64,000 nucleotides of DNA. Origin: Deltaproteobacteria bacterium. GTDB taxonomy: Bacteria > Desulfobacterota > Binatia > HRBIN30 > CADEER01. The first letter of the stretch is position 1, and each line of letters begins with the position of its first letter. The notes beneath the pieces are model-generated. The model did not search any database. It had not been told where the DNA came from and saw only the letters and a list, made by a program, of their open reading frames with translations. The position numbers were made by a program, and so were the translations under genes. The DNA lies in NCBI GenBank assembly GCA_029262455.1, contig JAJCZJ010000088.1, positions 270,273 to 334,272 on the forward strand, given 5' to 3'. Of the stretch, positions 49,280 to 59,098 are shown piece by piece.

Positions 49280-50401
49280 ATGCGTACAGAACTATGCGAC
49301 AAACTCGGGATCGAGCTTCCAATCTTCGCCTTCACCCACTGCCGCGACGTCGTCGCAGCGGTCAGCCAGGCAGGCGGATTCGGGGTTCTCGGCGCCGTAG
49401 GATTCACTCCCGAGCAACTCGAGGTCGAGTGTAAATGGATCGACGAACATGTCGGAGACAAACCGTACGGAGTCGATATCGTCATTCCCGGCAAGTACGA
49501 GGGGATGGATGAGCTCGATCCGGAAAAACTCGAAGAACAACTGCGCGCCGCCATTCCCGAGCAGCATCGCCACTTCGCCGCCAAGCTCTTGTCCGACCAC
49601 GGTGTTCCGGAGCTCCCTGCCGAAGAAAAGCACCACGAGCTGCTGGGTTGGACCGCGGCGACCGCGACACCGCAAGTCGAAGTAGCCCTCAAACACGAGA
49701 AGGTACGGCTCATCGCCAACGCGCTGGGCACTCCGCCAACCGACGTGATCGACATGATCCACGATGCTGGCCGGCTGGTATCGGCGCTTTGCGGGCGACC
49801 GGAACAGGCATTGAAACACAAGGAAGCCGGCGTCGACATCATCATCGCACAAGGCTACGAGGGCGGCGGTCACACTGGCGAGATCGGCAGCCTGGTTCTT
49901 TGGCCCCAAGTCATCAAAGCCGTCGCTCCCACTCCAGTCCTTGCGGCCGGAGGCATCGGCAGCGGCCACCAGATCGCGGCCGCTCTCGCAATGGGCGCAC
50001 AAGGCGCCTGGACCGGATCTCTGTGGCTCACCGTTCGCGAGGCCGAATCACCCCCAGCACAAATGGATTCGTACATCTCCGCTACGAGTCGTGACACGAT
50101 TCGCTCGCGATCCTACACAGGCAAGCCATGCCGCATGTTGCGCAACGAATGGACCGACGCCTGGGAAGGACCGGACTCACCCGGTTACCTCGGCATGCCA
50201 CTACAAGGCATGGTGACCATGGACGCGGTACAACGCACGCACCGCTACGCTGAGAAGGCGCAGTCGGTGGCGTTCAACCCAGTCGGACAGGTCGTCGGCA
50301 TGATGAACGAGGTGCGCACCGTGCGCGACCTAGTCTACCAGCTGGCCGAAGAGTACCTCGAAGCGACCGAACGGCTACAGGGATTGACCCCGCAAGAGTA
50401 G
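49280..50401 (+). CDS. Nitronate monooxygenase (NMO/2-nitropropane dioxygenase-like; FabK-like FMN TIM barrel)
   Basis: LGIELPIFAFTHCRDVVAAVSQAGGFGVLGA, IIAQGYEGGGHTG and VLAAGGIGSG. Confidence 0.85.
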   Translation: MRTELCDKLGIELPIFAFTHCRDVVAAVSQAGGFGVLGAVGFTPEQLEVECKWIDEHVGDKPYGVDIVIPGKYEGMDELDPEKLEEQLRAAIPEQHRHFAAKLLSDHGVPELPAEEKHHELLGWTAATATPQVEVALKHEKVRLIANALGTPPTDVIDMIHDAGRLVSALCGRPEQALKHKEAGVDIIIAQGYEGGGHTGEIGSLVLWPQVIKAVAPTPVLAAGGIGSGHQIAAALAMGAQGAWTGSLWLTVREAESPPAQMDSYISATSRDTIRSRSYTGKPCRMLRNEWTDAWEGPDSPGYLGMPLQGMVTMDAVQRTHRYAEKAQSVAFNPVGQVVGMMNEVRTVRDLVYQLAEEYLEATERLQGLTPQE

Positions 50402-50457
50402 GGCTTCAGCAACGGGTGGGCGAAAGCCCACCCTCGGTCACGTCGATTCCCGACGGC

Positions 50458-51465
50458 TCAACGTGCCGCCTTCATCAACTCTGACGCCGCGTCCGCTTCG
50501 CCGGTCTCATTGTAGAGAATGATACTCGTTCGATCCGCAAAGTGGTTGCGCTGACGCAGCTTCGCACCAGCTTCTGCCGGGGTCCCGCAAACACCGATCA
50601 CCTCGAGCATGTCGTCGGGGATGAAGCTCATCATGTCGAGCCACTTGCCCTGTTTCGACAGGCGGTTGAGTTCCGGTTGAATATCGCCCCAACCGTGGTG
50701 ATCGAGCACGACCTTGTAGGCCGGTGTCGATGAGTAGAACGATAACTGCGCTCGCGCGCCGTCGCGTGCCTTGGCGAGCTGCTCGTCGTTGTTCCCGATC
50801 ATCACAATGGTCTGACAGGAGATCTGCACATCCGACTCCTGCCGACCCGACTTCACCAGGCCTTCGCGCAGCGCCGGCATCGTGACTTCATCGATGAACG
50901 ACGGCGAGTGGAGGGGGTGCAGGATCCAACCATCGGCGACTTCACCGGCAACCCGCACCATGCTCGGACCGAAGCCGGCGAGAAAGATCGGCGGTGTGCC
51001 GTGCGGGTTCTTTCCCGGGTTGAAGATCGGCGTCATGAGGGTGTGGCTGTAGAACTCGCCGCGAAAGTCGAGCTTCTCGCCATCGTTCCAGCTGCGCCAA
51101 ATGGCCCGGATCGCTTGAACGAACTCGCGCATGCGCGCGTTGGGCTTCGACCACGTCTGCGAGAATCGTCGCTCGATGTGCGGTCGAATCTGCGTACCCA
51201 AGCCGAGAATGAATCGCCCTTTGGCAATCAACTGCAGATCGTTGGCCAACTGCGCGCAGTTCATTGGGTTGCGCGCGAAGGCGATCGCAATCGCCGTCGT
51301 CAGCTCGACACGCTCGGTCGCACTCGCCGCCAAAACGAGTGGCAAAAACGGATCGTGCGGGCCTTCAAAGCTCAACACCCCATCATAGCCAAGATCCTCG
51401 GCAGCGCGCGCCGCCACTCCGGTTTCCCCGATCTCACTCGGCATCAACGCCGCTTCAAACTTCAT
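50458..51465 (-). CDS. LLM-class (luciferase-like) F420-dependent oxidoreductase
   Basis: MKFEAALMPSEIGETGVAARAAEDLGYDGVLSFEGPHDP and RFILGLGTQIRPHIE are typical of F420-dependent LLM TIM-barrel enzymes. GGAGGA RBS. Confidence 0.65.
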   Translation of the reverse strand: MKFEAALMPSEIGETGVAARAAEDLGYDGVLSFEGPHDPFLPLVLAASATERVELTTAIAIAFARNPMNCAQLANDLQLIAKGRFILGLGTQIRPHIERRFSQTWSKPNARMREFVQAIRAIWRSWNDGEKLDFRGEFYSHTLMTPIFNPGKNPHGTPPIFLAGFGPSMVRVAGEVADGWILHPLHSPSFIDEVTMPALREGLVKSGRQESDVQISCQTIVMIGNNDEQLAKARDGARAQLSFYSSTPAYKVVLDHHGWGDIQPELNRLSKQGKWLDMMSFIPDDMLEVIGVCGTPAEAGAKLRQRNHFADRTSIILYNETGEADAASELMKAAR

Positions 51466-51550
51466 CGATCCTCCAGCCGCTGCGCGGCAATTCCAAGCGC
51501 GAGCGCCGCGCGCAGTCCACTGCTCCCAACGAGTGTTCCACCGACATTGT

Positions 51551-52381
51551 TTACTTTGGCTTTGAGTCCGGCAGTTTCGGTTCTGGCGGGAGCTCTTTTG
51601 CGACACTGCCACTCCACTCCGGCTGACGGCGCTCCAAGTACGCCATTGGACCCTCGATCGCATCTGGATGCTTCATCAAGAGGTGGTGCAACTCGGTTTC
51701 GCGCCGCTCGATCTCGTCCGCCGACAATGCGAAACTCTCCCACAACAACTGCTTGCTCACCGCCGCCGACAGTGGGGCGGCATTGTCCGCAATGTCGCGT
51801 GCAATATCTCGGGCAGTGGTCAGTACATCGTCGGCTGCAACAACTCGACTCGCCACCCCGAGCTCGCCGGCCTCCTCGCCGCGAAATGTTCGACCGGTGA
51901 GCAGAATATCCGCAGCCCGCGCCATCCCGACGATCCTGGGCAGAGTCCAATGCGAGTACGCGTCCCCCATCATGCCGCGCCGGACCTGAAGAATGCCGTA
52001 CTTTCCTTCCCTCGCCATGACCCGGATGTCACATTGCAACGCCAAGGTGAGGCCCAATCCCACCGCGTGGCCGTTGACTGCAGCGATCACAGGTTTCCGC
52101 ACTCGCCAGGCCGGAAAAGCAACCGCAGCAGCACTGAAGGTGCTCTGATCCTGCGGCGCAAACGTCTCCGCTCCGCCGCTCAGATCCGCACCGGCACAGA
52201 AAGCACGGCCTGCTCCCGTGAGAATCACGACGCGCACTGCGTCATCGCCATCGCACCTTCGGTAGGCCTGCTCCAAATCAGGGCCCATGGCCCCGGTAAA
52301 GGTGTTGAGTTGGTCCGGCCGGTTTAGGGTGATCTCGGCGATCCCCCCGTCAAGGGCAAACTCGATGTCGGTGTAGCTCAT
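51551..52381 (-). CDS. Enoyl-CoA hydratase/isomerase (crotonase family)
   Basis: ITLNRPDQLNTF, VVILTGAGRAFCAGADL and AAVNGHAVGLGLTLALQCDIRV. Confidence 0.85.
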   Translation of the reverse strand: MSYTDIEFALDGGIAEITLNRPDQLNTFTGAMGPDLEQAYRRCDGDDAVRVVILTGAGRAFCAGADLSGGAETFAPQDQSTFSAAAVAFPAWRVRKPVIAAVNGHAVGLGLTLALQCDIRVMAREGKYGILQVRRGMMGDAYSHWTLPRIVGMARAADILLTGRTFRGEEAGELGVASRVVAADDVLTTARDIARDIADNAAPLSAAVSKQLLWESFALSADEIERRETELHHLLMKHPDAIEGPMAYLERRQPEWSGSVAKELPPEPKLPDSKPK

Positions 52382-52752
52382 CTAGCCCCCGGTATCCGTC
52401 GGCCTGGGTTTTCTCTTGAAATCATCGTCGTCACAATCTGTGAGTTGATCCCTCTGGCGACGACAACCAATATCCCGCCAGCACCACAACAAACAGAGAC
52501 CATCGAGCGGGGCAAATGGTTCCTCTCAATAACGAAGTCGCTCACGACCAGTTGATTGCCAAGCGGAGGGTGCTCGACCGGCCACGGTCACACTCACTAG
52601 CAGCCCGATGATAAACACGACACGCGCTGCAACTGGTCTTTTCTCGCTTGCAGACCTGTTTCTCAAGAGACTAGTCCAGCCACGTAGCGGCACTCTCGGG
52701 GCCCTCGTCCGTGGCAACGAACGACGATGTCCGCTAGGCTGCGGCGGTTGTG

Positions 52753-53733
52753 ATGAAGAAATTTCTGGCAGCCCCACCCACTCATTTTGTCTTGCTCGGG
52801 GCCCTCTTATTCGCATGGCAAAGCGTTCGTGAGGACGCTCCCAGCAGGGTCCCTGCCGACCCCGCCCGCTACCAGATCGTCGTCGAGCCGACGACAATGG
52901 AAGAACTGCGCAACAACTACCGCAAAGCAACCGGCCGCGAACCATCTCCTAAGGATGAGAAGGCACTCGTCCGCGACTATGCGGATCGGGAAATTCTCTA
53001 TCGGGAAGCACGATCCCGTGGCCTCGATCAGGCCGACCGCAGCGTCAAATGGCGCCTCGTGCAGAAGATGCAATTCCTCGAGGGTCGCGAGAACGACGAC
53101 CCTGACGATCTTTACAAAGAGGCCCTCGCCCTCGGTCTCGATCGCGACGACCTCGTGATCCGCCGCTTGTTGATCGAGAAGATGCGGCTGCTCATCAAGC
53201 TCGGCGCCGTCCGCGAGGCGCCGTCCGAACAAACCCTGGTCGAGTTCTACGAGACCAACGCCGAAGACTACCGCCAGCCGGCGCGCGTCTCCCTGCGCCA
53301 CGTCTTCCTCTCCTCCGACAAGCGAGGAGAGACGATGCACGGCGATGCCGAACAACTCCTGGAAACGCTCCGGGACTCCTCGGCAACCCCGAAAGAGGCG
53401 GTGGCGCTCGGCGACGTCTTCGCGCTCGGCCACCACCTGCGAAGCAGCTCCGAACGAAATCTGGCCAAACTTCTCGGGCCGGATTTTGCCAAGGCATCAA
53501 TCGACTTAGAAGCCGGCAAGTGGCACGGCCCAATCCGCTCCGCCTACGGCACCCACCTGGTATGGGTTGAAGACCGTACGGAGTCGTCGCTGCCCGGTCT
53601 CGAACCGGTCCGCAATCAGGTCCTGCAACGCTATCTGGCAGAACGGCGCGAGATCGCGATGCGCGAGGAACTCGAGCGAATGCGAAAAGAGTATGCAGTA
53701 TCGGTGCGAGAAGAGGGAGCCGCCCAGGGATGA
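52753..53733 (+). CDS. Parvulin-like peptidyl-prolyl isomerase (SurA/PpiC family) with an N-terminal anchor
   Basis: N-terminal hydrophobic segment and the C-terminal parvulin-like GKWHGPIRSAYGTHLVWVEDR. Confidence 0.5.
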   Translation: MKKFLAAPPTHFVLLGALLFAWQSVREDAPSRVPADPARYQIVVEPTTMEELRNNYRKATGREPSPKDEKALVRDYADREILYREARSRGLDQADRSVKWRLVQKMQFLEGRENDDPDDLYKEALALGLDRDDLVIRRLLIEKMRLLIKLGAVREAPSEQTLVEFYETNAEDYRQPARVSLRHVFLSSDKRGETMHGDAEQLLETLRDSSATPKEAVALGDVFALGHHLRSSSERNLAKLLGPDFAKASIDLEAGKWHGPIRSAYGTHLVWVEDRTESSLPGLEPVRNQVLQRYLAERREIAMREELERMRKEYAVSVREEGAAQG

Positions 53734-54734
53734 GCTTGCGATCTCTCATCTGTGTCGTCTGGATTATCGCAACAACGGCGACCTCGGGATTGGCCCACCC
53801 TCTATCTCCCACGCTGCTCGAAGTGATCGAGCGCGATTCATCTCCGGGAACATACGACGTGCGGTGGAAGACTTCCGTCCTCCGAGTACCAGGCAGCGAT
53901 CTCCAACCCGATATCCCTCAACGCTGCACCCAAGTCAGAGAAATGACCGCACGCGAGGAGGGCGACAGCCTGTATCGCGAATGGGCCATCGACTGCGGCG
54001 ACACTGGCATCGTCGGCGCCGCCGTCGGGTTCAGCGGTCTCGGACCCGCCAAAATCGACGGTTTGGTTCGCGTGCAGCTCGCCAACGGCCACACCGTGCG
54101 CGGTGTGGTTCGGCCAACAGCGCCCACCTTGACCATCACCAAGGCCCAAGGCCGCTTCGACGTTTTCGTCTCTTACGTACGTCTCGGGTTCGAACACATT
54201 CTCAGCGGCCTCGACCACTTGCTCTTCGTGTTCGGCCTGCTTCTCCTAGTCGACAACCGACGTCTGCTAATTCAAACGATCACCTCTTTCACCTTCGGAC
54301 ACAGTGTCACTCTATCGCTGGCCGCTCTCGGAGTGGTCAGCTACCCGACCCGGCCGATCGAGCTCGTCATCGCTCTGAGCGTCTTCTTCCTTGCCGTCGA
54401 GCTGAGCAGGGGAGGCAAAGGTCGGCACTCGATGATGCGCCGATGGCCGTGGGCAGTGGCGATGGGCTTTGGCCTACTCCACGGCCTCGGATTCGCTGGC
54501 GCGCTCGCACAGGTCGGACTTCCCGCACACGAGATTCCCCTGGCGCTCTTTTCGTTCAATGTCGGGATCGAGCTCGGCCAGCTCCTGTTTGTCGCCGTCG
54601 TTTTCGTCGCGCGCGCTCTGAGCCGGCCTCTGACAAACAACCTGCCGCGTTGGGCAGAGATGATCCCGCTCTATGTGATGGGATCGCTAGCGGCATTCTG
54701 GTGTTTCGAACGCTTGGCGGAGGTGCTGGCGTAA
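53730..54734 (+). CDS. HupE/UreJ-family membrane protein (Ni/Co transporter-like) with an extended N-terminal periplasmic domain
   Basis: FEHILSGLDHLLFVFGLLLL (the HupE/UreJ HxxxGxDH motif), six TM segments and a signal peptide. ATGA overlap with the PPIase gene. Confidence 0.7.
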   Translation: MSLRSLICVVWIIATTATSGLAHPLSPTLLEVIERDSSPGTYDVRWKTSVLRVPGSDLQPDIPQRCTQVREMTAREEGDSLYREWAIDCGDTGIVGAAVGFSGLGPAKIDGLVRVQLANGHTVRGVVRPTAPTLTITKAQGRFDVFVSYVRLGFEHILSGLDHLLFVFGLLLLVDNRRLLIQTITSFTFGHSVTLSLAALGVVSYPTRPIELVIALSVFFLAVELSRGGKGRHSMMRRWPWAVAMGFGLLHGLGFAGALAQVGLPAHEIPLALFSFNVGIELGQLLFVAVVFVARALSRPLTNNLPRWAEMIPLYVMGSLAAFWCFERLAEVLA

Positions 54735-54862
54735 TGCACGACAACTCATCAGCCAATCTCGTTACGACCAAACGACGCACGCAGGCCGAGCGCAGTGCCA
54801 CCACGCGCGCCAAAGTGATCGAAGCAGCCGCTGGCCCGGCCTACAACGACGGATTGCGCATT

Positions 54863-56263
54863 CTACTCAGCGACCGCAGTTGACCCATCTCCAGCGTCGA
54901 GCTCCCGCAAGATTTCGACCAGGCGCCTGATACCGGCGCCGAGCTCGGCAACAGGGACGCGTTCGTCGACCCCGTGCATGCGGCGGGTCTCCTCGTCCGC
55001 TAGAACCACCGGGACAAACCCGTACGTGGTGATTCCCTTTTCCCGAAAAAAGTGACTGTCGGTGAAACCACGCACGACGTTCGGCACAACGTACGCTTTC
55101 TCCCGCGCCGCAACTCGCTCGATGGCTCGATACAATGGAGTGTCGATACTCGACGAAGTCGGCGCAAAATTGAGCAACACCTCGATCTCGATCTCGTCGT
55201 CAATAGTTTCACGAAGACTCTGGAGAAACTCGTCGGGTGTTTCCCCCGGCAGCAAGCGGCAATCGAGCTCGGCAGAGGCTGACGCTGGAACGACATTGGT
55301 CTTGGTACTCGCTTTGAGAACCGTCATGGAAATCGTCGATTCGACAAGCGCAGCATCCTCAGCGCGGGCGAGAAACTCGGCCTTCGTCGTTTTGTCCTCG
55401 AGCGCCTTGGCGAGGTCGCTGTAGCGCGTGCGGAGCTCGCCCGTCTCGCGCTTCGCCAACGCCTTGTAATAGACATCCACTTCGGGAACGACGCGGATCC
55501 GCCTGGTGCGCGTGCGGATCTTCTCCAACGCTCGCACTAATCGCTCGACGGACGACATTCCGCGCGGCGTCGAGCCGTGACCCGGTGGTCCTTTCGCCGT
55601 GAGCTTCAACCAATAGGGCGTCTTCTCAACTCCGCTGACTTCATAGACAACCGTCCCGTCGGCGAGCCGTCGGCCGTGTCCGCCCTCGTTGAAAACAAAC
55701 TCCGGATCGCCCAACAGATCGAAATGTTTCGCGACAAACCAGCCCGCTCCAAGAGCGCCGCCGCGCTCTTCGTCTGCGGTTCCGAGAAAGATCAAGTCGC
55801 GGTCGAGTCGCTGACCGGATCGACCGATCGCCGCCATCGCCATGGCTTCGACTGTCGCCATTCCCTTGCAGTCAATCGCGCCCCGCCCATAGAGAAATCC
55901 GTCAGAGATTTCCGCGCCAAACGGTGGGTGGCTCCACTCGTCAGGATTCACCCCGACGGTGTCGAGGTGATTGAGCAGAACGATTGGACGACCTTTCCCG
56001 CTGCCTTCGAGGCGGGCCAGAATCGTCGCGCGCCCAGGCTCGGACTCGAAGATTTGGCTCTCGATCCCATGCCGATCAAACCAACCTGCCAAGTAGCGCG
56101 CCGCCGCAATCTCATTCCCCGGCGGGTTGACCGACTCGACGCGCACATATTCCTGCAGCAGCGCGGTCGCTTCACTGCTCACCGATGTCCAATCGATCTC
56201 GTCGCCGGCCGCCAAAAAAGGTAGGAGAACAAATGATGCGATAGCCCCTAGAACTCGTCTCAT
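54863..56263 (-). CDS. M20-family metallopeptidase (ArgE/DapE/carboxypeptidase-like), secreted
   Basis: Signal peptide MRRVLGAIASFVLLPFLAAG. LLNHLDTVG and GRGAIDCKG metal-binding blocks, and GTADEERGG. Confidence 0.8.
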   Translation of the reverse strand: MRRVLGAIASFVLLPFLAAGDEIDWTSVSSEATALLQEYVRVESVNPPGNEIAAARYLAGWFDRHGIESQIFESEPGRATILARLEGSGKGRPIVLLNHLDTVGVNPDEWSHPPFGAEISDGFLYGRGAIDCKGMATVEAMAMAAIGRSGQRLDRDLIFLGTADEERGGALGAGWFVAKHFDLLGDPEFVFNEGGHGRRLADGTVVYEVSGVEKTPYWLKLTAKGPPGHGSTPRGMSSVERLVRALEKIRTRTRRIRVVPEVDVYYKALAKRETGELRTRYSDLAKALEDKTTKAEFLARAEDAALVESTISMTVLKASTKTNVVPASASAELDCRLLPGETPDEFLQSLRETIDDEIEIEVLLNFAPTSSSIDTPLYRAIERVAAREKAYVVPNVVRGFTDSHFFREKGITTYGFVPVVLADEETRRMHGVDERVPVAELGAGIRRLVEILRELDAGDGSTAVAE

Positions 56264-56484
56264 CGCGGGATACTTAGCCAAAAACTGTGCAGTGAAGCAA
56301 AGCTCAGAGCGGCATACGCGCTTCGCACACTCGAACCAGCGGGCTGGAACCCTATCTACCCGAGGTCTACCCGTACCAAGGGCTCGTCTCACGACCATCT
56401 TCGTACTCCCAGCGAAAGTTGGCATCGAAGCTGCCCGCGACTACGTCGTCCACTGCCGTAGGCATTCCGTATCGGTCCCTCTGC

Positions 56485-57093
56485 TCAAGCCGGAATCCGC
56501 ACGCTCTTTCGCGCCGTCTCGACGACCCCGCGAGAACGACAATCGGGCAGGTGATCGTTGACCAAGCCCATCGCCTGCATGAAGGCATAGGCCGTCGTCG
56601 GACCAACAAAGGTCCAGCCGCGATTGCGCAGGTCCGAGCTGAGCTCCTTGGATCGCGGCGTCTGCGAGACCACCCCCTCGAACTCCCGCCGATCCTCGAA
56701 CTCCCAAAAATACGCCGCCAGGCTACCTTTCTCACCGACGAGATCGATGGCACGGCGCGCATTGTTGATCGTCGACTCAATCTTGCCGCGGTGCCGCACG
56801 ATCCCAGCATCCTGCAACAAGCGCTCCACACTCCGAGAATTGAAGCGGGCCACCTTCTCGAACTCAAAGTTCTTGAAGGCCCTCCGAAAGTTCTCCCGCT
56901 TGCGCAATATCGTCAGCCAACTCAAGCCCGCCTGAAACCCCTCCAAACAAATCTTCTCAAACAAGCGGTCATCATCGACAGTCGGCAAGCCCCACTCCGA
57001 GTCATGGTAGTCGACATACTGCTCATCATCACCGCACCACCAACACCGCCGAACACCATCCGCACCCACGATCGTCTTACCGACAAAGCTCAT
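56485..57093 (-). CDS. tag: DNA-3-methyladenine glycosylase I
   Basis: RCWWCGDDEQYVDYHDSEWGLP and EGFQAGLSWLTIL are Tag signatures. The C-terminal Cys/His zinc ligands are present. Confidence 0.85.
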   Translation of the reverse strand: MSFVGKTIVGADGVRRCWWCGDDEQYVDYHDSEWGLPTVDDDRLFEKICLEGFQAGLSWLTILRKRENFRRAFKNFEFEKVARFNSRSVERLLQDAGIVRHRGKIESTINNARRAIDLVGEKGSLAAYFWEFEDRREFEGVVSQTPRSKELSSDLRNRGWTFVGPTTAYAFMQAMGLVNDHLPDCRSRGVVETARKSVRIPA

Positions 57094-57132
57094 TCATTCC
57101 CTCTCGATCGCACCGCCGATCGCCAAAAGAAG

Positions 57133-57226
57133 AAACCGCAGATGAGCGCTGGTGAACGCTGATAGTCTTCAATATTTTGAGTCGTAGCCACCCTTGTCAG
57201 CGTTTATCAGCGTTCATCTGCGGTTT
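57133..57226 (-). terminator. Intrinsic terminator of the acyl-CoA synthetase gene: imperfect ~23-bp inverted repeat (AAACCGCAGATGA...TCATCTGCGGTTT) followed on the minus strand by a TTTCTTCTTTTGG tract
   Basis: Seen directly in the sequence. The hairpin starts right after the stop codon (57225) of the minus-strand gene. Confidence 0.45.
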
Positions 57227-58850
57227 AAGAAGGAAGCTCATACCCCTCAAACTGCTTACGCAACTCCAACTTCTGAATCTTTCCCGTCGCGGTGTGCGGG
57301 ATCTCGTCGACGAAGGCGACGTCATCCGGCATCCACCACTTCGCGATCTTGCCTTTCATGAACGACAGCACGTCCTCCTTCGAGGGACTGGCTCCTTCTG
57401 CGGGCACGATGATCAAGAGCGGTCGCTCATCCCATTTCGGGTGGTAGACACCAATAACGGCGGCCTCGGCAACTCCCGGATGGCCGACCGCAACGTTCTC
57501 GATTTCGATCGACGAAATCCACTCGCCACCGGACTTGATCACGTCTTTGGCGCGGTCGGTGATCTGCATGAAACCGAGCTCGTCCAAAGTCGCCACGTCG
57601 CCGGTGTCGAACCATCCCTCATCGTCGAGTACCGTACCGCCTTCGCCTTTCAAGTATGACGCCGCGATGGCCGGACCCCGAACCATCAGATGACCGAAGG
57701 CTTTGCCATCGCGCGGCAACTCCTTGCCGTCGTCATCCGTGATCTTCATCTCGACGGTGTACATCGGACGGCCCTGCTTGACCTTGATGTCCATGCGCTC
57801 ATCAAAGGTCAGGTCCTCCATGCCAGACTTGAATGAGCCCAAGGTGCCGATTGGGCTCAGCTCGGTCATGCCCCACGCATGCGCTACATCCACTTCGTAG
57901 TCGCGCTCAAACGCCTCCAGCATCACACGCGGCACGGCCGAGCCTCCGATCACCACACGCTTGAGATGCGGTAACTTCGAGCCCGTCTTTTCGAGATGCT
58001 GCAACAGCATCGACCAAACCGTCGGCACGGCCGCCGTCACCGATACCTTCTCTGTGTCGAGCAACTCGTAGATGCTCGCTCCGTCCAGTTTCGGCCCTGG
58101 CATGACCAATTTGCAGCCGGCCATCGGACCGGCGAAGACCAAACCCCAAGCGTTGGCGTGAAACATCGGAACGACCGGTAGGATGTTGTCGACACTGCGG
58201 GCGCCGATTGCATCCGGAGCGTTCCCGGCCAGGCCGTGAATTACATTCGAGCGATGTGAGTACACGACACCCTTCGGGTTGCCCGTAGTCCCCGACGTGT
58301 AACACATCCCGCTGGCATCGGTCTCGTCGACTGGAACCCACGCGAAGTCGCCGCTTTCCGCACCAACCAGCTCCTCGTAGCAATGGCAATTCGCCAGCTT
58401 TGTATCTGGCATGTGGGCGCGGTCCGTCATCAAGACGTAACCCTTGACCCCCGGCAACTGATCTTGAATCGCTTCCAGGATCGGGACGAAAGTCGTGTCG
58501 ATGAGCAGGAGCTTATCTTCCGCATGGTTGATGATGTAGACCAACTGCTCGGCGAAGAGCCGCGGATTGAGGGTATGGCAAACAGCGCCGACCCCCATGA
58601 TCGCATACCAGGTCTCGAAGTGGCGGTGCGTATTCCAGGCCATGGTTGCAACGACGTCACCCTTGGCGACGCCGAGCTTCTGCAAAGCCTGCGCGAGTTT
58701 TCGCGAACGCAGATGGAGCTCTGCGTAATTCGTACGGTGAATCGGTCCCTCTACGGTCCGCGTCACCATCTCGCGCTCGCCATGCCACTGCGCCGCGTGG
58801 TCGATGACCGAGGTCACGACCAACGGCCAATCCTGCATCAATCCGTTCAT
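57225..58850 (-). CDS. Acyl-CoA synthetase (AMP-dependent fatty-acid--CoA ligase, medium/long-chain)
   Basis: The AMP-binding motif [19 protein letters not shown] and the C-terminal GEWISS/ATGKIQK blocks. AAGGAG RBS before the ATG at 58850. Confidence 0.85.
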   Translation of the reverse strand: MNGLMQDWPLVVTSVIDHAAQWHGEREMVTRTVEGPIHRTNYAELHLRSRKLAQALQKLGVAKGDVVATMAWNTHRHFETWYAIMGVGAVCHTLNPRLFAEQLVYIINHAEDKLLLIDTTFVPILEAIQDQLPGVKGYVLMTDRAHMPDTKLANCHCYEELVGAESGDFAWVPVDETDASGMCYTSGTTGNPKGVVYSHRSNVIHGLAGNAPDAIGARSVDNILPVVPMFHANAWGLVFAGPMAGCKLVMPGPKLDGASIYELLDTEKVSVTAAVPTVWSMLLQHLEKTGSKLPHLKRVVIGGSAVPRVMLEAFERDYEVDVAHAWGMTELSPIGTLGSFKSGMEDLTFDERMDIKVKQGRPMYTVEMKITDDDGKELPRDGKAFGHLMVRGPAIAASYLKGEGGTVLDDEGWFDTGDVATLDELGFMQITDRAKDVIKSGGEWISSIEIENVAVGHPGVAEAAVIGVYHPKWDERPLLIIVPAEGASPSKEDVLSFMKGKIAKWWMPDDVAFVDEIPHTATGKIQKLELRKQFEGYELPS

Positions 58851-59098
58851 CAGGTCCGTCTCCTTACATCCTGTTCCGCACCTCCTCCCATAGAGCGCCG
58901 CCGCCAGCAACCGCAACGCGCAAAGCGCGGCGCCACAGCATCGCTGGTGCGAAAAAGAACCGGCAAACGTCCAGTTTGCGACGCCGCATAACAGGTAGAA
59001 ACCCCGGTCGCTGGCGAAAATCTACCGTGCACTACGGTCCAGCCAGGTGGCATGGCCGCTGCATATCCAAAGAGATAGTTCAGCAGTGGAATGAATCC

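Noticed and set aside
58976-59098. TTG-initiated 41-aa N-terminal extension of the FG-GAP ORF
   Set aside because: The extension is Arg-rich and non-hydrophobic. The in-frame GTG at 59099 gives a canonical signal peptide.
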